64,000 nucleotides of DNA, taken from positions 3,904,001-3,968,000 of the forward strand of contig OZ243913.1 in NCBI GenBank assembly GCA_965213705.1, in the 5' to 3' direction. This stretch comes from Trueperaceae bacterium. Lineage in GTDB: Bacteria > Deinococcota > Deinococci > Deinococcales > Trueperaceae. Made by a program: the position numbers and the translations under genes. Below are positions 58,327 to 64,000 of the stretch, piece by piece. The number at the start of each line of letters is the position of its first letter. Position 1 is the stretch's first letter. The notes beneath the pieces are model-generated. The model searched no databases. It saw only the letters and a list, made by a program, of their open reading frames with translations, and was not told the origin of the DNA.

Positions 58327-58794
58327 TCATGATTTGGGCGGCGAGTTGCGAGTGCGCTTCGTCCCTTGCTTGGCTTCCTCCAACGACTGACCCATCGCCT
58401 GCTTCACGCGCCCCAGCCCGGCTTGGTCCGCGTAAGCCGCCATCGTGCCGAAGGCGGCAATCCAGTAGTGGAGCGCGAGCTGCCCCGCGGCGATGATGCC
58501 GAGGTCGCGGACCTCGTCGGTGGGGGCGGCTTGGCGAATTTTACGCGACACCTCGTAGTGAGCCTCGAGGACCGGGTTCTCACCCTCTCCGTCCGCGCCG
58601 ACCTCACTCATGGCCTGGTCTATACGCTCGCGCCACTCTTCGGACGTCTCACTGCCCTTTTCCAACAGCGACTTCAGTTCGGGATTGGTAGCCGCCTGTT
58701 CAATCTCGTCCGCGGCGTCGGCGGCGACGCGCCCACCCGCTTTTAAGGCCGGTAGGCCGTCGGCGATGAGCTGTTTAAGGTTGTCTTCGTTCAT
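58327..58794 (-). CDS. Ferritin-like DUF892 (YciE/YciF) protein, possible frameshift near C-terminus
   Basis: RDLGIIAAGQLALHYWIAAFGT; helical acidic composition. Confidence 0.75.
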   Translation of the reverse strand: MNEDNLKQLIADGLPALKAGGRVAADAADEIEQAATNPELKSLLEKGSETSEEWRERIDQAMSEVGADGEGENPVLEAHYEVSRKIRQAAPTDEVRDLGIIAAGQLALHYWIAAFGTMAAYADQAGLGRVKQAMGQSLEEAKQGTKRTRNSPPKS

Positions 58795-58942
58795 GGTTTC
58801 CCCCCTTAGGTTGACTAAAGACCGCAGCCCCTAAGGCTGCAGCCTCTAAAAAAGATACAGAACGAGGCTGCAAAAAACAGCTACTCAGCGCTCATTCGGG
58901 GTGCTCCCCGGTGTTTGTACCCCAGTATTTACACCCCAGTGT

Positions 58943-60802
58943 TTATGCCCTCACTTGATTTTTGCCCCGACGCTTGGCTTCGTAAAGTTTGCGGTCCGCC
59001 AGCGCCACCAGTTTTTCGCAGTCACACACGCTCGTGTCGTCTGAAACCCCGATGCTGAGCGTGACGGCGAGGCCGGGCGCTACCGCGTCCCAGGAATGCG
59101 CCGCGACCTTTTGGCGGAGGTCGTTGCAAACCGCAACGGCTCCCGGCGCGGCGGTTTCCGGGAAGAGCAGCACGAATTCCTCGCCGCCGTAGCGCGCGGC
59201 GGTATCCACTTCGCGCAGCTGGCTTAAGAGCCGCGCCACGGTCCTCAGCACCTCGTCGCCCACGGCGTGCGAAAAGGTGTCGTTGATGTGCTTGAAGTCG
59301 TCGATGTCGCAAAGTGCCACGCTCAGCGCGTGGCCGAAGCGGCGCGCCCGCACAAACTCCTCACCCAGCCGCGCGTCGGCGTAACGGCGGTTGTAGAGGC
59401 CGGTCAGCGCGTCCTCTTTAGCTTGACGCTCGAGCCTCGCCGCAAGCTCCGCCGCTTGCTCGTTGAGCGCTTGCAACGCTAGGTTAGCCTGGGCAAGCTC
59501 CACGTTTTTGAGGCGGTAGATTTCGCGCTCTTTTTCGGCCTGCCCGGTTTCGAACCTTATCCGCAAGCTTCCCAGGGCGCGGCTCGAGGCTTCGTTGAAG
59601 ACGCGTTCTTTCACTTCGCAGTAGCGCTCGTGATGCTCTAGGGCTTGGGCCAACAGCCCGCAGCGTTTGAACGCTGCCGAGAGCGATTTGTGCGCGCCGT
59701 AAACGTTGTCCTGAGACCCGCTCCGCGTGGCGGCCAGAAGCGCTTCTTGCAACAGGGGCAGGGCCTGACGCGGTCGACCCACATACAGCTCTCCCAAAAG
59801 CAGCAGGGTTTCCGCCTCGCCCTTCAGGTCGCAGAGCGCCTTTTTGAGCGCCAGGCTCCGCTCGAGACAAGCCCGCGCCCGGTTCGTTTCTCCAAGTGCC
59901 CTGCGGATAGAGCCCAGGCTGTCAAGCGAGTAAGAGACACCCCGCTTGTCGCAGAGCGCTTCGCGGAGGTCGAGACTTTGCTGCTGATAGGCGAGTGCGC
60001 CGGCAAAGTCCCCGAGCTTCTCGAGAGCGAGCGCCATGTTGTCCAGCACCAGGGCGCGTAGGTTTTCACCGGCCTCGTTTTCACCAGCCTCGTTTTCACC
60101 AGCCTCGTTTTTGCCAGCCTCGTTTCTGCCGGCCGCGCCCAGACTCAACGCCTTGCGGTAGTGCTCGAGCGCCTCTTCAAAGCTACCCAGCCGGTAGTAG
60201 CTGTAGCCGATGTTGTTGAGAAGCTGCGCTTCGCCCTCACGGTTGCCGGAGGCGGTGCACAGCTGCCAGCTCTTGAGGTTGTAAGCGAGCGCGTCCGCGT
60301 GGTCGCCTAAGTAGTCGTGGATGTAGCCCAGGCTTTGGAGCGCTTCGGCCTCGGACGCGTCGCCGCGCCCCTCACAAAGTTGGTAGCGCGCGAGGTAGTA
60401 GTAAAGCGCCCAGTTGAGGTCGCCCAGTTCCGAGCTGATGAGACCGAGCATGTTCAGGGTGTTTTCAACCCTGCGCCCGTCGCCCAGCGCCTCGAAACAA
60501 GGCAGCGCCGCCAACGCATCCTTCAGGGCCTGTTGCGGGTTTGAAAGCCGTAAGAACAAGTTGCACCTGACGTAGAGGCTGAGCGCCACACCCGACGGGT
60601 AGCTAAGTGCCTGAGCCGCCTCGAGAGCCTTTTCGCAGAGCGCGAGCGCCTTTTGAGTGTCACCAAAGCGCACCTCCCAGGCGCGGTCAAGCAGGTCGTT
60701 CACCTCGGCGACCAGGGGCGCGTCGGCGGGTGGTAGGGCTGTGGCGTCGGACAAGGTACTGGCTCCTTGGGTACCACTATAGTCGAGGAGGTCTTTCAAC
60801 AT
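58943..60802 (-). CDS. TPR-containing diguanylate cyclase
   Basis: TPR helices; DALTGLYNRR, DIDDFK, ARYGGEEF. Confidence 0.92.
   Translation of the reverse strand: MLKDLLDYSGTQGASTLSDATALPPADAPLVAEVNDLLDRAWEVRFGDTQKALALCEKALEAAQALSYPSGVALSLYVRCNLFLRLSNPQQALKDALAALPCFEALGDGRRVENTLNMLGLISSELGDLNWALYYYLARYQLCEGRGDASEAEALQSLGYIHDYLGDHADALAYNLKSWQLCTASGNREGEAQLLNNIGYSYYRLGSFEEALEHYRKALSLGAAGRNEAGKNEAGENEAGENEAGENLRALVLDNMALALEKLGDFAGALAYQQQSLDLREALCDKRGVSYSLDSLGSIRRALGETNRARACLERSLALKKALCDLKGEAETLLLLGELYVGRPRQALPLLQEALLAATRSGSQDNVYGAHKSLSAAFKRCGLLAQALEHHERYCEVKERVFNEASSRALGSLRIRFETGQAEKEREIYRLKNVELAQANLALQALNEQAAELAARLERQAKEDALTGLYNRRYADARLGEEFVRARRFGHALSVALCDIDDFKHINDTFSHAVGDEVLRTVARLLSQLREVDTAARYGGEEFVLLFPETAAPGAVAVCNDLRQKVAAHSWDAVAPGLAVTLSIGVSDDTSVCDCEKLVALADRKLYEAKRRGKNQVRA
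60062..60135 (-). repeat. 15-nt tandem repeats (NEAG[E/K]) inside the TPR region
   Basis: GRNEAGKNEAGENEAGENEAGEN. Confidence 0.9.
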
Positions 60803-60959
60803 TCTTACAAGCGTTTGTCAGTCCACTTCTCTCGACCGGTAGCGTCTGAGCGACCACGAGGCCGGTTGGCATCACCCCGGACTTGTTAAGAGGTCTACTT
60901 TGCAGCAGGTCCCGGCAGTAAAAGTCAGCCCTCTTTGAAGGTTCGTCCCGGCTTGGGTG

Positions 60960-61341
60960 AAATGCTACCGACACAGGTCAAGCCCTATGACATTCAAGTG
61001 CTTTACCCACAGATGCTAGAGCGCGGCCTAAACCCTAAGACCGTCCGGCACTGTCAGAACATCATTCACAACGCCTTTGAGCAGGCTGTCCGCCGGCAGC
61101 TTGCCAGCAACCCGGCCCAGCATGTCGACTTGCCAAAACAGCATCACGCCGTTGTCCTGAGACCCGCTCCGCGTGGCCGAATGAGCACGGCCTGACGTTT
61201 GCCAATGAGAACGGTGAAGCGCTTGAAATGAACAACTTTCGCAACCGGAACTTTGGAAACGCCCAAGAACGGGCGGGGCTGTCCGGCTTTGACCTCTACA
61301 GCTTGCGACACACCCACGCGACCCTGCTACTTTTGGCCGCC
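60960..61341 (+). pseudogene. Tyrosine integrase remnant (two fragments, central deletion)
   Basis: GLNPKTVRH...HNAFEQAV...NPA (core-binding domain) and FANENG...RAGL...YSLRHTHATLLL (box II). Confidence 0.8.
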
Positions 61342-61644
61342 CTTTCACGGTTGCGGGTGCGGTCGGTGTGTTTGACACTCAAACTGTCCTCACCAGCGAC
61401 AAGAGCAAAGTACGGGCTCTTCTGTGCGCCATCAACCAAACATGAGCAGCGAGAGGGGACAAACATGTCTGAATCACAGGGTTGTGTTCGGCAAGAAAAC
61501 TGTTCCCGCTCGTTTGGTGCTGTAGCTAACCTCGTTAAACGGCCGTCGATACACCTGGTGTAGTTCATGCCAGCGCTGGAAACGTTGTACTATCGAGCTA
61601 CTTGTACCACGTTTCCACGTTTCACTACGCGTTTCGAGGTTGCC

Positions 61645-62700
61645 GTGAACTCACTTTCCCCAAACTACCTGCAACAGCTTCCCGTTACTATGTCGTTACT
61701 TCAAACTGTCTCCCGGCTCGAGTACGTGCGGGGTCAACAAGACTTGTTCCGCACCCAGGCCCCGGAGCTGCTAGCCCAACTCCAGACGATAGCTACCATC
61801 GAATCTACCGAATCCAGCACGCGGCTCGAGGGGGCAACGGCGCCGAGGCAGCGTATCGAGGCACTGGTGCTCAAGAACCCCGAGCCTCAAAACCGTTCGG
61901 AGAGCGAGATTGCAGGCTACCGGGACGCGCTCAGGATGATTCACAAGAGCGCCCCCCACATGCCCTTCAGCGAGAACATCGTCAAGCAGGTTCACCAAGT
62001 TCTTTACCGCTACCTGCCCCAACCGGGCGGGCAGTACAAGGGCACACAAAACGACATCGTCGAGCGGGACGCAAAAGGCACCGTTCTCCGAGTGCGGTTC
62101 AGGCCGACGAGTCCGGTAGAAACGCCAGGAGCAATGCTCGAGCTGGTCGAGAACTACCGGCAAGCCGTCGCTGGCGGCGCGGTCCAGCCGCTCTTTTTGG
62201 TTGCGCTCGCCGTTTTGGACTTTTTGTGTGTTCATCCCTTTGCCGACGGCAACGGCAGGACCGCCCGGCTGCTTACGCTTCTGTTGCTTTACCAGCACGG
62301 CTTTGAGGTAGGCCGCTACATCAGCTTGGAGCGCGTCGTCGAAGAAAGCCGCGACACCTACTACGAAGCGCTCGAGGCAAGTAGCCAAGACTGGCACGAA
62401 GGCGCACACGACGCCACGCCTTGGTTAAATTATTTTTTAGGCATCATGACCAGGGTCTACAAAGAGTTCGAGGAGCGTGTCAGACTGGTCCGTGGCTCGC
62501 ACGGCACGAAAACAGACATGGTTCGCCTGGCGGTGACGCGCCGCCTTTCCCCTTTCCAAATCAGCGACATTGAACGCGAATTACCTAACGTCAGCAGGGA
62601 CCACATTCGCAACGTCCTAAGTCAGCTCCGTGACGAGGGCGGCGTGCGCTTAGAGGGTGCCGGGCGGGGTTCACGGTACGTGCCTATCAAAAATACGTGA
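61645..62700 (+). CDS. Fic family protein with C-terminal HTH
   Basis: HPFADGNGRTAR; inhibitory-type SSTRLEG; GAGGT RBS before GTG. Confidence 0.9.
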   Translation: MNSLSPNYLQQLPVTMSLLQTVSRLEYVRGQQDLFRTQAPELLAQLQTIATIESTESSTRLEGATAPRQRIEALVLKNPEPQNRSESEIAGYRDALRMIHKSAPHMPFSENIVKQVHQVLYRYLPQPGGQYKGTQNDIVERDAKGTVLRVRFRPTSPVETPGAMLELVENYRQAVAGGAVQPLFLVALAVLDFLCVHPFADGNGRTARLLTLLLLYQHGFEVGRYISLERVVEESRDTYYEALEASSQDWHEGAHDATPWLNYFLGIMTRVYKEFEERVRLVRGSHGTKTDMVRLAVTRRLSPFQISDIERELPNVSRDHIRNVLSQLRDEGGVRLEGAGRGSRYVPIKNT

Positions 62701-62719
62701 CGAGGATGCTGAAAATAAA

Positions 62720-62751
62720 GCAACCCGCTCGCGTTGGGGAGCGGGTTGTTT
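62720..62751. terminator. Bidirectional terminator between fic and the tRNA
   Basis: caacccgctc-gcgttggg-gagcgggttg-ttt. Confidence 0.7.
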
Positions 62752-62774
62752 CGTGTCTTGCCCAGACTTGCTTG

Positions 62775-62851
<77 letters not shown>

Positions 62852-63008
62852 TCGCAGCAAAAGCAAGTCTACCGCCCACGTGAAGATTGTGTCAAGCGGT
62901 GCCGGACATTTGCAGCCGATTTTTGAGTGTTTGGTATAGAGAAGCTTCGGCGGCGCAGGTGCCGCACGTTTCAGTTCCGGCGGCGGTGGGCGCGTATACT
63001 GTACGTTT

Positions 63009-64000
63009 GTGAAGGTTACCGACACCACCCTCGCCAAGCTGGACTTTCCGAAGATTCGTGAGGCTTTAGCCGAGCGGGCCGCCTCGTCGTTCGGGGTGGA
63101 GCGCGCGCTCGAGCTGCAGCCGACGCTGAACAGGGCCGAACTCGGCGCGGCCTGGCAACGCACCCAAGAAGCCCTGGACGGCCCCGCCTTAGCGCTGGGC
63201 GGCGTGGAGGACGTGCGCCCGCTGGTCGCGTCCATCCGTGACGGCCGCTTAGTCGAAGGAGCCGACCTGCTCCGCATCGCCTACACAATGGACGCTTCTG
63301 GCACGCTCAAGCGGGCGATTCTGGCCTCGGAGCGCCCGGCTCTGGGCGAGCTGGCCCTGCGCTTGCGCTCCTTCGACGGGGCGCTCCGCCTAGTGCGTGA
63401 ACAGCTCGACTTGGACGGCAACGTCCGCGACGACGCCACGCCCAAACTGCGCGACATCCGCCGCCGCCTGAACCCCCTGCGCGGGCGCATCCGCGAACGT
63501 TTGCAGGGTCTCCTAGCGACCTATTCGGAATACGTGCAGGACGCCATCGTCACGCTGCGCCGCGACCGCTACGTGATTCCGATTCGGGCCAGCTTTCAGT
63601 CACGGGTGCCGGGCATCGCGCTCGACAGTTCGGACTCGGGCGCGACCGTGTTTATCGAGCCGCAGTCGGTGGTGCCGCTGAACAACGAACTAGCGCTGCT
63701 GGAATTTGAGGAGCGTGACGAGGTGCGGCGCATCCTGGTCGCGCTTGGGCAGCGACTGGCCTATGAAGAAGGGTTGGAAGAAACGTTCGAAACTTTGGCC
63801 CAGCTCGACCTCGTGCTGGCGAGCGCGCGGCTCGCCGAGGACTGGCGCTTGAGTCTGCCCGAGCTGAACGACACGGGCGAGATTCGACTCGTCGAAGCGT
63901 GTCACCCGCTTATCCAAGGCTGCGTGCCGAACTCGCTGTCCCTAACGCGCGAGCACCGGCTGCTCATCATTACCGGGCCGAACGCCGGGGGGAAAACGGT
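63009..64000 (+). CDS. mutS2: Endonuclease MutS2 (partial, runs off window)
   Basis: Manual translation: MKVTDTTLAKLDFPKIRE, RDRYVIP, SGATVFIEP, CHPLI, ITGPNAGGKT. Confidence 0.92.
   Translation, partial: MKVTDTTLAKLDFPKIREALAERAASSFGVERALELQPTLNRAELGAAWQRTQEALDGPALALGGVEDVRPLVASIRDGRLVEGADLLRIAYTMDASGTLKRAILASERPALGELALRLRSFDGALRLVREQLDLDGNVRDDATPKLRDIRRRLNPLRGRIRERLQGLLATYSEYVQDAIVTLRRDRYVIPIRASFQSRVPGIALDSSDSGATVFIEPQSVVPLNNELALLEFEERDEVRRILVALGQRLAYEEGLEETFETLAQLDLVLASARLAEDWRLSLPELNDTGEIRLVEACHPLIQGCVPNSLSLTREHRLLIITGPNAGGKT

Overview
GC-rich (about 60-65% by eye) bacterial chromosome segment; gene style tentatively suggests Deinococcota (Truepera-like), but this is not proven. The left 37 kb is metabolic and transport: FAD oxidoreductase, lysA-like decarboxylase, serine hydrolase, a GT4-GT4-GH130 cluster, a trypsin-like protease with a free-standing copy of its N-terminal domain, argE-like M20, thioredoxin, catalase, GH20, a PIG-L/amidohydrolase/GNAT/argininosuccinate-lyase-like/ABC/P450 operon and a peptide ABC transporter. 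37.2-49.5 kb is a defence island. It holds a PLD-SF2 helicase split by IS1 (8-bp target duplication) and an Eco57I/type IIG-like methyltransferase whose only in-frame stop sits at the centre of a perfect 19+2+19 bp palindrome; inverting the palindrome restores the frame. Three accessory cassettes follow (RelE plus two antitoxins; AlbA_2/ATPase/HTH; HigB-HigA-SecB toxin-antitoxin-chaperone), each preceded by a copy of the methyltransferase 3' end. The right part has a TrmB/E1/lipoyl/cupin/TRAP operon, stress genes, a TPR-GGDEF gene, a decayed integrase and Fic next to tRNA-fMet, and the start of mutS2. CTCGAG is strongly over-represented. All calls are by motif recognition; no searches were run.
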